A stretch of 56,583 nt of DNA, counting the filler, from Sphacelaria rigidula (lineage: Eukaryota): assembly GCA_964200075.2 (NCBI GenBank). It is 3 parts of 3 records of this genome, joined end to end, with 100 filler letters (N's around TTAATTAATTAA, not from the genome) between each part and the next. Parts side by side here need not be neighbours in the genome. Positions count along the whole stretch, not along the records: positions 1 to 18,795 come from CAXNAA020000790.1; positions 18,896 to 37,689 come from CAXNAA020000791.1; 1 more part is not named here. One strand, written 5' to 3'. Below are positions 12,274 to 25,224 of this stretch, piece after piece; the first letter of the stretch is position 1, and each line of letters opens with the position of its first letter. A program made the translations under genes and the position numbers. The notes under the pieces are model-generated. The model saw only the letters and a list, made by a program, of their open reading frames with translations, ran no database searches and was not told where the DNA came from.

Positions 12274-12819
12274 TGCTGACCCTATCCACCCGACTGGACG
12301 CAGTTGTGGTGCCCCAACAAGTTTTGGAAGTTCCACGACCGTCGTCACGGCGAAAGAGGAAGCCCCGTGAGGATGCCCCGAAGGAAGCGCGCGCATCATC
12401 ACGCACACCTCTTTCGAGCGGAAAACCTCGATCTCAACCTCTCCAAAATGCGACGACTTTGAGCTCGACGGCTTTGTCAAGCATCACGGAAGAAACAAGT
12501 TCAAATATTTCTGACGCCACTGCTTCTTTATTCTATGGCCCCAACAACGCACAATCTGGATCCACCTTGGATGTCGATCCCTGTTTACCCAAGACGGTCA
12601 TTTACGAAATCGTTAATGATCAGTCTAGCCGTGCTACATCTGGGCATAATATACCGTCCACCACCTTTTCTGGTGAAAAATCCGACCCACCAGCGGATCA
12701 CCCACCGCCCTATTTTGCTGTCAGCCTCGCTGATCCTGACCAATTTACCTTGCCGGAACATTGTCCGGATCTTGTCGGCGGTAAAGTATCTGTGGACCCG
12801 ACCAATTTCACCACACGTG

Positions 12820-15185
12820 TCGCGATCCACTCTGGTCCAAACGCTACCACGCCTACGAAGTGCGTATCCCTATTGGACAGCGGCAGCCCGCAAACGTGCA
12901 TTCGGGAATCAACATGGGGTACACATGAGAAAGACTGGCACTGCTACTGCAGCTTCTGAAACCACCACCCAACCTCGAGTATGAGGCAGCTTCGGTGATT
13001 CTACCGCACCTCTGACAACACGAAAATCCGTACGTTTCAGTGTGCATTTTTTTCACAACACTACTCGTTCCGCCAGCCTGGCCGTCTGGGCATACATTGT
13101 CCCCGACAGCACCATGCATCACGCGATATTATTGGGCAGAGATAGCTAAATGTGGTTCAATAAACGAACCTACCGCACGCTTCCACCACTATCGCCGCAA
13201 TCCACGTCTCGTGGAGAATTCAACCTTGAACACTTCGGAACACTCCACGGTGCTCTGGCCTACCAAAAGAATCCTCAAGTAGCCGGAGCTGCTCACCACC
13301 TACGATACAATGATAGTGTTGGTATTACACTTTCCGACGACCCTCAACATTTAGAAGTTGCACTAGTTCGCCGAAATGACATGCTTGCACTCACGGGTCA
13401 TTATCTTGCCGAAATGTTGCCCCGTATTGGCGCACCAGCCGACACAGAATATTTTTGTCTCGGCGGGACAACAGCTCCTCCCACTTACGGGTCACGCTAA
13501 CTTGGAACCCGGCGATATTCTAGGAATCTGCTCCCCTCCCTAGAGACGTGCGTAACAGAGCCTGCCGAGCCCAACGCAACATCTCCGACGGAGTCACCCC
13601 ATTGTGTCGATGGACCATTTTTTGACCTCGCCTGTGCGACTCCACCCCAGGTCCACGCCGTGGATCCTGCACAGTCAAATTCCGATCCTCCTGGTGAATG
13701 CTTCAACGCTCATTACCAGATTCTCGGAATAGTTTCTTGCAAATGTGGAAAAACTGCCGCCACACATGCGTGATATCAATTTTGACCTTCATGGGCCCGG
13801 CTGGTAACCAGGCATCCAAGAACTCAGTGATGTCCTGCTACAGTACCAAGATCGGTTTTCCCGATCCAAGACGGATCTTGGGCACTGCAAAACGCTGCCC
13901 TTTGAGGTTACACTCCAACCCGGGGTCTCGCCAATATCTTTTCGACCATACCGGACGAACTCAATCCTTACAGACAAAAGTAAATGTCATCTTGGATGCA
14001 TATTTGGGAGCGGGATTCATACAACATTCTTCCTCTCCTTGGGCCTCGCCACTTGTGGTCGTCCCCCAAAAAGATGGAAACACACGCATAACCGTGAATT
14101 ACCAATGGTTGAACCGCGTCACTGTGGTTGGTAAGCTTCCAATCCCCCGCATCGATGAAGGCTTCGACTCCTTAGGCGAAGGACAAATATTCAGCATCTT
14201 CGACCTCGCTTCTGGATTTTTCCAGAGTGCTATCCACCCTGACATAGTCCCACTTACGGCCTTTTGTACCTCGTCCGGGCTCCACGAGTGGCTTCGAATG
14301 CCACAAGGCGCTGCCATTGCCCCGGGATGCTTTCAACGCTTAATGCAACGCGTCACCGAGGGCCCCGAGCACATCATCATGTACCTAGATGACGCTATCG
14401 CTTTCGATGCCTCACGTATTGCACATATCCGCACTCTACGCAATTCCTCTCTCGCCTACGAACGCACGACTTGAAACTGTCTCCATCCAAAGCTCGCCTT
14501 GGTGCGACTGACTTGAATTTCCTGGGGCATTCCATTTCGCAAGCAGGCCTACATCCGGATAAAAACAAAGTCAAGGCAGTGACTGACTTGCCGATTCCAA
14601 TCAACATTTCTCAACTTCGCTCACTACCGCATTTTTTTGCCGAATTTATCCAAACGGATTTCCCCCTTACTGAGTTACTCAAGAAAGGGGCCGTGTTTAC
14701 CTTCATCACCGATATGGAGAATACCACCCGCGAATTGCTGAAAACGGTTACCGAAAAGCCGGTACTCTGTTTTCCTGAATGGGAGGCAGTACAAGATGGC
14801 TCTCGCCTCTTCCAACTACACACTGACGCCAGCACAGACGGATTTGGAGGAGTTTCGAATCAACCTCAGGCTGATTGCTCCATTCGACCCATCCTCTACA
14901 TCAGCCGCGCCACCCTGCTCGACGAGGCCAACTGGAGCCCGCTAGATTTTGAAGGCGGGGTACTCACCTGGGCAATTAAGCGCCTCCGACAATATCTGTT
15001 TCACGTGCCATTTGAGATCTACACGAATCATGGGGCACTCGAACAAGTCGCCAAGGTTGGCGAATACAACCCGCGTGTACAACGATGGTAGGAGTTTCTA
15101 ACAGCGTACCAGTATATCATTCAGCATCGTCCAGGCAAAACCAACGGAACCGCTGATATTCTTTCCCGACTACCTCTGCCGCCTA
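12820..15185 (+). pseudogene. pol: pol remnant: aspartic protease, reverse transcriptase, RNase H
   Basis: LLDSGS (PR); SPWASPLVVV, FDLASGFFQ, RMPQG, YLDD (RT); LHTDAS, AIKRLRQYL, HRPGKTNGTADILSRLP (RNase H); several frameshifts. Confidence 0.93.
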
Positions 15186-16119
15186 CGGCCGGAGATTTCA
15201 GCCCGGCTCGCCGTCTAACGGAACCCGATGAACCTGGAATTTATCGTATTAGACGTTTTTCAACGCCCGTTTATGCCCTACGCCTACAGTGCCCAGAGAC
15301 TGGTATGCACATGGGAGGTCCTCGCCCTCTACCATGTGACGCCGTCTTGGGTGGGGTAAAGCCCACTACCTCCGGTTTGGTCGATTTCCGCACGTTTGGT
15401 ACTCGCGCGAAGCTCTCCACGGAGACACCTTCGGTCATCCACCTAATCTCCGACAACACGCGCTCCCGGTCTGCCGCCCGCACCACGCCCCCGAGTGCCC
15501 CGCCGCCACCGATAACACATACAAATTCCACGAGCCACGCAGCACCGGTCCAACGGACCAGCACGCAACGCTCCGCGAAAACTCCTGCAATAGGCACCAC
15601 GCGCCGCGGAGATTCTTCGCGCACTACTACAACCCCGCCGCCCATAACGGCACCACCTACATCTTCCGCTCCCGAGCATGGGGCCGACGACTCAGCTCCT
15701 GCTCCCGGAGCAGATGTTGATGTCGGCATTTCTGCCCCGTCACCTGTTCCCCCGCTACCAACCCCACCATGTTTAATCGGTTCCCCAGAGAAAGGTCAAC
15801 TACGCGAATTTATCGCCAGCTACTTTCACCGCGATTGGGCTAGCGAACGAAACGCGGAACCTTTTTGTCGCGCAGCCATCCGGTACTTACAGCTTGACTG
15901 CCCAGTCCCTTGTCCATCCGCTCTTCTAACCCCGGTTGGCACACTGCCATCACCAGATACCTCTGACGTATACGAGCTCGTGCGTAAAGGCACCATTTTC
16001 ACTACGGATGAAGGCATACAACTACTCGTGCGTCGCCCCACGCCTTTGACGGGTGTACTATCCGTCTCAACCACGGGACACGACGCACGACCACTCGATG
16101 ACGAACCAGCGCGCATATA

Positions 16120-18020
16120 CGTCCCATTATTAATGCGCCCCTGGGTCATGAAAGGCTGTAACACGGACTTGTCACGTTGGCGTCACTCGCACCCTAGCGC
16201 TCCTGAAACGCTTCTACTGGTGGGTTGGCGTGGAAATTTCCACCCGCTTCTGGATTCGGCGATGCTTCAAATGCCAAGATAGAAAAAATTCACGGCAGAC
16301 AGTACGCTGGCCCGTCATCTCTATGGGACTCCCCAACGCCCCGGGCCACCTTGTGTTCTTTGATTACTTTGGCCCTCTACCGACCATAGATCGCGGCAAC
16401 ATCTACATCTTACTCTTCACTGACCGCTTCAGCCGCCACGCGTCCGTGTACGCGGTAACCGCTGCAGATTTCACTGCCGTCGGAAAGGCCAATATATTGG
16501 CCCACGACTACATTAAGCACTTCGGTTGCCCGAAACGACTCCTTTCAGACAATGGTCAGCAATTTTGCTCAGATCTCTCTGATTAGCTTTACAAGCTCCT
16601 GGGCATCCGCAAAATTGCCACGAGCGCCTACCACCCTAACGGTAACGGTGGGACCGAAGGAGTTAATCACACCATGGCCCAGATGTTCTCTATGGTCGTC
16701 AATGACCGCAAAAATGTCTGGGACCTGCACCTCTCGCACATCATGTCGTCCTACAACAACTCGGTTAAGGCCGCCACAGGCCTTTCCCCGAACGAACTCC
16801 ATCTTCGACGTTACCCTCGGCTGCCCATCACCGTGTTTGAGCGACACACGTTCGATGGCCACCAAGGATTGGATCAGGATCAGATATCCTATCACGAACT
16901 AGCGCGTTCACGACAGCGCAAAGCGTTTACCCTCGTGCGCGAACAACTCGCTATCAACGCCTCGCGTCTGGAGAGATCTAACGCTGCTCTCTACAACCTC
17001 ATGCACAAACGCCCCAACTGGAAAGTTGATGATTGGGTTTGGATCTACAACAGTTTGTCGACCATCCGCCAAGGCACCAGCAAGGCAGCCAACGAAACAA
17101 TTGTGAAGACAAGATTGTGCCTCAATTGGACAGGAGCATTCAAGATCCTGACAGTCGGACCATCCCCATCGTCACCGGATGATAAACCCGTCCGTGACAA
17201 ACTGCTCTATCTCGACCTGCCTCTCGACCTCCAGGGCAAGGACATCAAACCCCGCGTCTCCGTGCATAGATGCAACCCCTGCAGGAACCCGCATGATACT
17301 AGCGACATGCCTAAGTACTTGCCTGCCGGACTCACACAGTACGTTTTCAACAGCTACTCGACCAAGTCCTCGCCCTATCATGTTACCATCGACGACTTGA
17401 CGGAATAGCCCCTACGATTGACCGTGTCCACCATCTCCGGCCACCAGATCACCCGTGGTCGAGGCGGCAAAATTGTTGCAATATATAAGACTCACTGGCA
17501 CGGTCTTCGGAGAGCGTTTTGGGAACGCGAATCCGACCTTCAATTGCACCGCCGTGCAATCCTCCTGTACTGGACGCAATCCCAACATCAGCATCTTGCT
17601 CACAACAAGAAATATGGAAACATGCGTCGTGGTGCAGCAGCCCGCGAACTTCACTGCGATCAAGGACTACACTTTGTCGCCGATGGCTACGAACTTGTAT
17701 CCACCAAGACTTGTAAGGTGAAGTTCTTCGCAAACCAGCAGATACTACCCAAGGGCAGCTACCTTTGGCTAAGAGGCAGTGACAATCTCCGGTGGTTGAG
17801 TCAGACCCGCTCCGCTAACCTGGTTTCTACCAATATATACATCATGCGCTTCATCGATGGCCCTTGACCCGTCCAGCTCAAGCTTCGACCAGCACAATAC
17901 ACCACCAGCCCATCTGCACCCCGCGGATCCTGATGTCTTCAGCGACTCGAGTCCAAAGGACTTCGCTGCGGTATCCAACGCCACATCGACCACACCCACG
18001 ACGTCCACGCAGCGCTTTGA
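16120..18020 (+). pseudogene. pol: pol remnant: integrase with chromodomain-like and Tudor-like C-terminal extension
   Basis: RRCFKCQ, DYFGPLP, FTDRFSR, LSDNGQQF, SAYHPNGNGGTE, YNNSVKAATGLSPNE; then ISGHQITRGRGG..YKTHWHG...WERESDL; ends HAAL* at 18020. Confidence 0.9.
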
Positions 18021-18467
18021 ACCACGCTCCTCCACTGAAACTTTTCCTTCTCCTCCCTTCTTAAGTATTTTGCCCTCCCTTCTTCGCTAGGACCCGACTC
18101 TACGGCATCCACAACAGGACTACCTACGTCGGACGACGATCGGAGACTACTAGAAGCCACCCACCATCTACGACTACTGGAGCTCTAGTATCTCCTTTTT
18201 GGCTTACGCTCGATCTCGTTGGATCACCTATTCTCAGATTTTGTTCCCCTTGCTCCCAACGAACATGCGTTAGTCGCTACTGATCTTGCCGTTTTCTCTT
18301 CGGAATCCCCCAGGTAGAAGCTCTGCTCCCTGTTGTACCTTCCTGGGTTTCCCCTTCGTTTTGCTAGGACGCCGAAGCAATTTGTGCTTCTTCGTTGATC
18401 GCTAGCACGCAGAAGCAGTTTGTGCTCCCGCGTTTCGACGCAGTTTTTCCTGCTCCTCGAAGCAGTA

Positions 18468-18795
18468 CGAGCTGGGTCGGCAGTAAACCCAGCATTCTCT
18501 GTCGTCACCACAACTCTTCAAGTTTCCCAAATCAGCACGACCTGAGCATATCGCTGTGAACTGCAGACTAACCTGGTAGCATAAGGCACCGCCGCTGCTC
18601 GATTGGTGCACGCTTGGCGATGATGTTATTGTACTGCATTGAGTAACGAGTACGTCCCAATTCTTTGTGCGATAGCGTGTCTGGATACGTTTTGTTTCAC
18701 AAAATGCGGTGGAATTATGATAGACCGTTGCGCCGCGTAGGCACACGCACACCTGACATACCCAGACAAGAGCCCATTGGTTGTGCTGCAAGATG
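18468..18795. mobile_element. CGAGCTG-family TIR element end, cut by the segment boundary
   Basis: TA|cgagctgggtcggcagtaaa...; 18468-18597 matches 26310-26438 and the reverse of ~10409-10541. Confidence 0.75.
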
Positions 18796-18895
18796 NNNNN
18801 NNNNNNNNNNNNNNNNNNNNNNNNNNNNNNNNNNNNNNNTTAATTAATTAANNNNNNNNNNNNNNNNNNNNNNNNNNNNNNNNNNNNNNNNNNNN
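18796..18895. other. Artificial linker N44-TTAATTAATTAA-N44
   Basis: Stop codons in all six frames within N padding; identical to 37690-37789. Confidence 0.98.
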
Positions 18896-19536
18896 CACAA
18901 GTTGACTCATCATACTAAAACCAAGTAATTTTCAGACGAATCATTATTTGTCCGACCCTTGAAAGGGTTCAAGGAATGCAAACGTCCAACCCTCACATGT
19001 GTCGCCATGCAACCTCCTGTCCTGAATTTCGTGGATCACACCAGGGTGGTGTTTGAACACTTTCTTCGGAGCACGAGTGGCATGAAACGCTCTCCCTCAA
19101 GTGAGGAGTACTGCAACAAATTCTGCCGGTGTGATATCTTTGTTGGAAAGACATAAAATTATATAGCTTACGAAGGAAGACGATGGATGCACCATGAGTC
19201 ATGTAACGATCATCTTGTTTTTGCAACTTCTCAGGCGTCAATCACACGCAACATGCATGCAATGCTTGCTTACTCTGTATAATAGATACCTGTAGCATTG
19301 GGTACCTCATCAAAGGCCGGCGGTATGTGAATTGCGTGTATCTCTCTCGAAACCTCGTCGTGGAGGATGATATAGATCGGGCATGTCCAACTGGTAAAAG
19401 TCATCACTTAATGATTTTCTATTTTCAGTCATACTTGTGGTCCCTCTCCTTCCGCGGAAGTGTCCGTGTCCTCAAGGGATCAAGTCGTCTCTCCCCCCGA
19501 ACACGTCTGACTTTTTGCAATTCGCAGAGTGTATTA

Positions 19537-20690
19537 CGAGCTGAGCCAGCCTAGAAGGGGACTTGGAGTTTGCAGGCCAATTCGCAATTTAATACTCAGA
19601 GTTGAACTCTGAAAATTGTTATGGACAATCGATAGGGCATGAAAGAAAAGATTATGCATGGGCCCAAACATTTTTTTTTCATGATTTGATCGCATTTTAC
19701 TGAAACCTGAACAGTGATTATTGCCTTCAACTCATGAAAAAAAAAATGGGTCCGTGCATAACTCTTCATTATACTCTGTTAATTGTCCACCCCAGATTTC
19801 AGGGTCAAACTTCAAGTAGTAAATTGCGAATTGGCCTTTTAAAAACCGGGCCGGTGGAAATTCGGAACAGTATTCTGTACGCCGCTTACTGGCTCACGTT
19901 TGGTGTTTGTGTATTGAAATTCCGTGCGTGATCTCGCTAGGTCATGATGAATCAAGAAAAATGAGCCAGGTTCGTATTTAGGGTGTTTAAGTGTAGTAAC
20001 GAAATTTTTTTTTACGTGAACACCCGAACTTCTCTCCTTCTCTCTCTCTCCCCCCCCTCCCCTCCCAGAAAAATTAAGGCCCATTTGTTTCGTAATTCAG
20101 GACACCTCTGAGGTTCTCCATGCTGAGTTTCAAATCACATTATGAAAATTGAGCTAAAAACTCGATACAAGGCCCAAGAGCAACATTTTCTTCTCCGCAA
20201 AACTCCCTCGACACTACAAAAAGACGGGGGGAAATTCCGTTATTTTAATTCCATTATGCGCTAGAGCTTTCTACACGAAATTTAATAGCACAACTCTCAA
20301 AAACTGAGACGCAATACTGTATTCAGATTTAGTTCATCTAGCGCCTCTGCTCGTGACATATCGATTATAGTATGAAACCTCATGTGCGCCATATCTCGAT
20401 ACATGACGAATTAGGTGAAGGTGAGGGTATGTATCATCTGCCCGTGCTCCAGGGAATATCCACACCAGAAATCGTCATCTGCTGAATGTATCGTCCGGGA
20501 TTTCATGTAGATTTTAGTATGGACGCTATCTCCGTACGGTGAAGGCATTACTCGACACTGAGTTTGATCAACGAGAAAATACTGGCCCACACTTCTGAGC
20601 ATATGGGCACCTTCACCCTTGATGAAACGATTAACACGATTGGCGGATACGGCCCTTCTCGTCTGTGTCGATGAGATTTGCTGAAATCAC
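19537..20690. mobile_element. CGAGCTG-family element, long subfamily (homologous to 28260-29358); may extend to the TIR ending at 24898
   Basis: TA|cgagctgagccagcctag; colinear with 28260-29330; internal foldback 19574-19837. Confidence 0.75.
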
Positions 20691-21379
20691 ATGAAATGTC
20701 CTGGTACATTGCGTCATCACCCGGGTCTTACGGCGAATCGAATGACAGGAGTTCGCTGTGATATAAAAGTTAGTTTGATTCCAAAGCGGGTTGAAACCAC
20801 CCTTCTATTGCTGGGCATAGACGACCAACTGCTTGTTTTTCCATATGTTCTCCTCTGCCCCCGTGTTTACCCTCGCAGAACTGAACGCCCCATGTTCCGA
20901 TATAACTGTACACCAGTGCTGCGGACAAGTGGAATATGACAGCTTTATGTTTTAATGGTATCCTGTGGGCTTCGTGCGCGAAATACATAACTATAAACTT
21001 CATATGTAGAATACGTGTAGAATCTACATCCGCGGTTCAGCGGGCGGGTTGGAGTTTCTTGAGGCGTCTCCATCACACAACATGACCCTTACAGCTGTAA
21101 ATGCCGAAGGCTCCGCAAGTACAACAGACGCACTCGCAACACTTGCGTATTGGGCGGAGATTGCTTCGCGCTCTGTGTGTCGCAACGAACCGGCGGACTC
21201 GGACCCCTCTGTATTTTATGCAGGCGGTGTGTCCATTCTTGGAAACAGCCAAGTCAACTAAGGGCCACCCGCAGGACTGGGCGCTCTACGGGTTGCGGGC
21301 AAAAGTACGGCAAAGTATTGATACTACTCTACTCTGAAGCATTTTTCGTTTCATTTCGAGAAGATGCTTTCTCGTGCTA

Positions 21380-21700
21380 CGAGCTGAGCCAGCCAATAAT
21401 CCCTTTCGGGGGTTGAACCGATTGTGCACATTCCATTTTCAGGAGTTGGAAGCTGAAGTTTTGACGCGAGATTTGCATCATGGTATGAAGGCAAAAACAT
21501 ACCGGAGTAGCCCGAAGAAGATAAAAAAAAGCGACAGAGCCGGTTCAAGATTTTGAAAAAATATAAGCATAGCTGAACAAATATTACCCATCATGTATTC
21601 GGCTACTTCAGTACGTTTTTGCGTGTTCACCTGTAGAACGTACGTGTAAACTTGAAAAATTCAGCTCGAGACTCCTCGAATTGGGCCGTGCATTCCATAT
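21380..21700. mobile_element. CGAGCTG-family element left end (related to the 9950 copy)
   Basis: TA|cgagctgagccagccaa; shares tcaggagttgga.gctgaagttttgac and cgaattgggccgtgc with 9950-10260. Confidence 0.7.
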
Positions 21701-22583
21701 CTTGTACCTCAATGAGCGATTACGATGGCGGTAACATCAACCGTTTGACTCGCTAGGATTTACTGATGGGTCAGACAAGGGCGCAGTTTTTAGGCTCAAC
21801 CCTTCCGGTATTGGCAGTGGAAATGTGTGGATTTCGAGGTTATATTTTTGCACGACGTATGATTGAGTATTCACAGCCTTCACGCAAAATTATTTGCCCA
21901 AGGCGTGTTTTTCAGACCCATAGAAGAAAGTACACCAGTGCCGCACGGGATTTAGCATGAACAAAATAGACAGGTGGTGCTGATTTTTGTTTGTATGGAC
22001 TTCAGGGAGGCAAGCGCTAGATGGTTGGGTGCACAAACATGAATAAACTTGACCCGTTGCGTTCCTGAGAAGACAAAACTAATTCGACCGCATTGGTATG
22101 ACATTTTTGGTGCGTGCATGACACATGCTCGTGGATTATTCTGTGACCATCAGCCGTGAAAATGATTGCCGTCGGTCTTTCCTGCTCCCGTATTTTCTTC
22201 TCTGTCAGGGCTTGAAATAAGCAGGCATCTGGCCAGGGAAAGCAAGGGGAAGCAAGGGGAGGGTTCCCAACGGCTCAACTCTTCGACCGCGAGGGTAGTC
22301 CATCTGGATCATGCATACCCTTCCCAAGTGAAATTGATGTCGATTCAAAAGATTACCTACTGCCGCAAGAGCTAATCAGCTTTGCACAAAATACTCAAAA
22401 CGACGTAGGAGCTAATTGTTCGATAACGAAGTATCTGCACCATAAATATGTTGGCGGGGATGGTACATGTTTCTAGAAAAAACAAAGAAACGGCAAAGTA
22501 GAGTCGGTCAACAAATCTACCCAATATTAAAATTACAGGGTTATGTTTCGTAGGGTACGGCATAATTTGTAGGGTATGATATG

Positions 22584-23100
22584 TCCTTACAGTAATTACA
22601 AAAATATCGGGTACCGATGTGAAGTCTTACAGGAATTACAAAACTATCGGGTACCGGTTTGAAAGTCTTACAGTAATTACAAAACTGTCAGGTACCGGTT
22701 TGAAAGTCCTACAGAAATTACAGAACTTGTCGGGTACGGTATGGGAGGCTTACAGAAAACCGTGTCGGCAATCGGTTATTTCTTCGAGGTCATACCCGCG
22801 CCCCGGGTATGGGTAAACATTCTGTACAGAACTGACAGAACTGTCGAGTAAGTTTATGGGAGGCTTGCAGAACTGACAGAAACTGTCGGGTAGGGTATGG
22901 AGGTTGCACAGAAAACCGTACCCGCAACCGAGTATCTGATCAAGACCATACCCATGCTCCCGGTAATGGTACGGGAGGCTCACAGAACTCACAGAACTAT
23001 TGGGTAAGAGTATCACAGAGTTTAGAGAACTGTCGGTTACCGGTATAAAAGTCTGACAGAAGCCAAAGAACTGTCGGGTACGGTGAATACCCGGGAAAAT
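22584..23100. repeat. Degenerate ~40-bp tandem array (cttacagaa.ttacagaactgtcgggtac.ggtatg)
   Basis: Unit recurs roughly ten times, with two gtaccc-rich interruptions. Confidence 0.85.
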
Positions 23101-23984
23101 ACCCCAAATATACATAAAATTCCCGTCTCTCGGGCCGTTTCCTACGGTTCGTGTTGTCAGAAAAATCCCAGAAAGAAAATACGAGACGAGTGCTCTCGGC
23201 TCATGTTTTTAAAGAAAAAATACAAGCCCACATAGAGTATTATTCTCCAATCGTATTTCTCAGCCAAGACGACGAAATTAGAACCGTCCGCCAGCGCAAA
23301 AAATGTTTGTGCCCTTCTCCGTCATCTGCGGGGCCCTCCTGGCAGCAACATCGAACACCCCCAGCGCCCTGTACACAATAGAATAGACTTCGCCATCCCG
23401 CGAGATGGCGTCAAGGGTTCATGATATGTTGGCATCGACCGTGCTGTTAGAAACCTGCAGCTCAGATAGTGCGGTATTGTCAGGTTTTAAGTTGTAGGTG
23501 TCACTTTGCACAACAGTAGTACAGCGGCTGTAATAACAACGATGCGGACAACGTGAGATATGTGGACAACAAACGACAGTACTACGGCAGGATAGGATGC
23601 AGATGTCGGACAGTAGTATACAACGGCTGAATTAAAAATGATGTGGGGACGTGCAGCACTAGACAATACACTGTGCTGCGCATAGAGGAGGATGGAAATG
23701 TCAGTTTGAACACAGTACGAGATAGGCCAGCAGCCATCGGGGAATGTCAATGTTGCACATCTTATTCCCCAGCACCGAAAGCTTGGCACAGTGAAGTCTT
23801 CAAGTCTTCGTGCCCCGCCTTGGCGTGTGCACCCCTTGAAATCCCGCTCACCGTACTTTTGATACCCCCCGCTCGTTCGTTGATTTCTCTCTCTTCCTTC
23901 CCCCCCCCCCCCCCCCCCCGTCTCGAACCGCCCCAAAAAAGTATGTGGAACTAACTGTAAGGCCACTGCTTACGACGGACGAAA

Positions 23985-24375
23985 ACATAAATCTGGGACA
24001 GTGCCTCTTTGGAGCGTCTACGTCGTTTCACGCCCTAAGAGACAGCTAAGCGGAGTTTGACACCTTGGAATGACTTGCTCTACTCGTTGAGACGGTTCCA
24101 GGACATCTTCCCGTTCTCCGGTGGCCGCAGTCTTTCTTTTATACAAAAGCTATTTTCCAAGAACAGTCGAGAACGGTCAAATCCAGAGAATGATAATTTT
24201 TCGGACAGTAGCTCTTGTATAAAAAAAGACCGCGGCCATCGGAGAACGGTAAGATGTCCTGGAACCGTCTCAACGAGTAGAGCAAGTCATTCCAAGGTGT
24301 CAAACTTCGCCTAGCTCTCTTCTAGGGCGTGAAACGACGTAAAAGCTCCAAAATAACGCTTTTTCCAGATCTTTA
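23985..24375. mobile_element. Foldback element with highly similar arms
   Basis: tttgacaccttggaatgacttgctctactcgttgagacggttccaggacatctt has an exact reverse complement at ~24251-24305. Confidence 0.85.
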
Positions 24376-25224
24376 TATTCGGGTACTGTAAGCAGCGGCT
24401 TAAGAAAGGATCAACATTTCTGGTCGTATTTTCCAGCCGTATCCTATCATGGTATTTTTGAGTAAGAAAATGGGAAGATACTGATCGTGAGAGATGGCCT
24501 AAACGGAAAATTAGCTCTTTGGAACGACCAGTCGATGATTGGAAAGTGCCGTCTAGAATGTCCATGTTGTGTCCTGTGTTGGCGAAAAATCTTCAAATTC
24601 GGCGGGGTACTTCATGTTTTGTACAAAATTGGATTTGCGATCGCGGGAACGGCAGAACGGTTCAACACGAAATACAAAATTAAAATGGAGAAAACAGGGT
24701 ATCAGGAAGAAACGATTTGGGATGCATGATGTACTCGATACATCATCAAGACGCGGCCAATCGAACAGAGGTTAAGGGCTTCAGCAGCAGGCTGGCCTCT
24801 AGTTCATAGTCATGTGCCTACATCTGGCCATTTCGTTGAGCTTCTAGGCTATCTATCGTGTGCTAGACGTACGTGAATTTTTAGGCTGGCTCAGCACGTA
24901 CGAAAAATTAAACATTCAATTTGAAAAATCAGGATCCATCAACGGAAGCATTTTCTTGGACAATCCTCTGAGGCCGTGTCATTGGGCGTGTCTTAGCACT
25001 TTTTTTCGATCGATCACGTGCGGTCTAATTTATTTTAACTACCTGATAGGTCCGCCGCATTTATGTTCCTAGAAGGCTTCAACTCAAAATTATTATTAGT
25101 GGCGCACGAAGAAAAACTATTCAACTATTTGCACAAAAAAGTAAAATCCTTTTCGATCGAAAGGCACAAAGCCGCGCATGACTACTATCTCACAGACCAC
25201 CACGCTAGATAACACCTGTTCACT

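Larger units (their letters stand above)
8470..18460 (+). mobile_element. Degenerate Ty3/Gypsy LTR retrotransposon (internal region; LTR pair not identified)
   Basis: Domain order gag(CCHC)-PR-RT-RNaseH-IN-chromo; many frameshifts and stops; boundaries approximate. Confidence 0.93.

Noticed and set aside
8100..18460. A matching LTR pair and primer-binding site for the Gypsy element
   Set aside because: No direct repeat found between the two flanks; the 3' end runs into a TIR element and the segment boundary.
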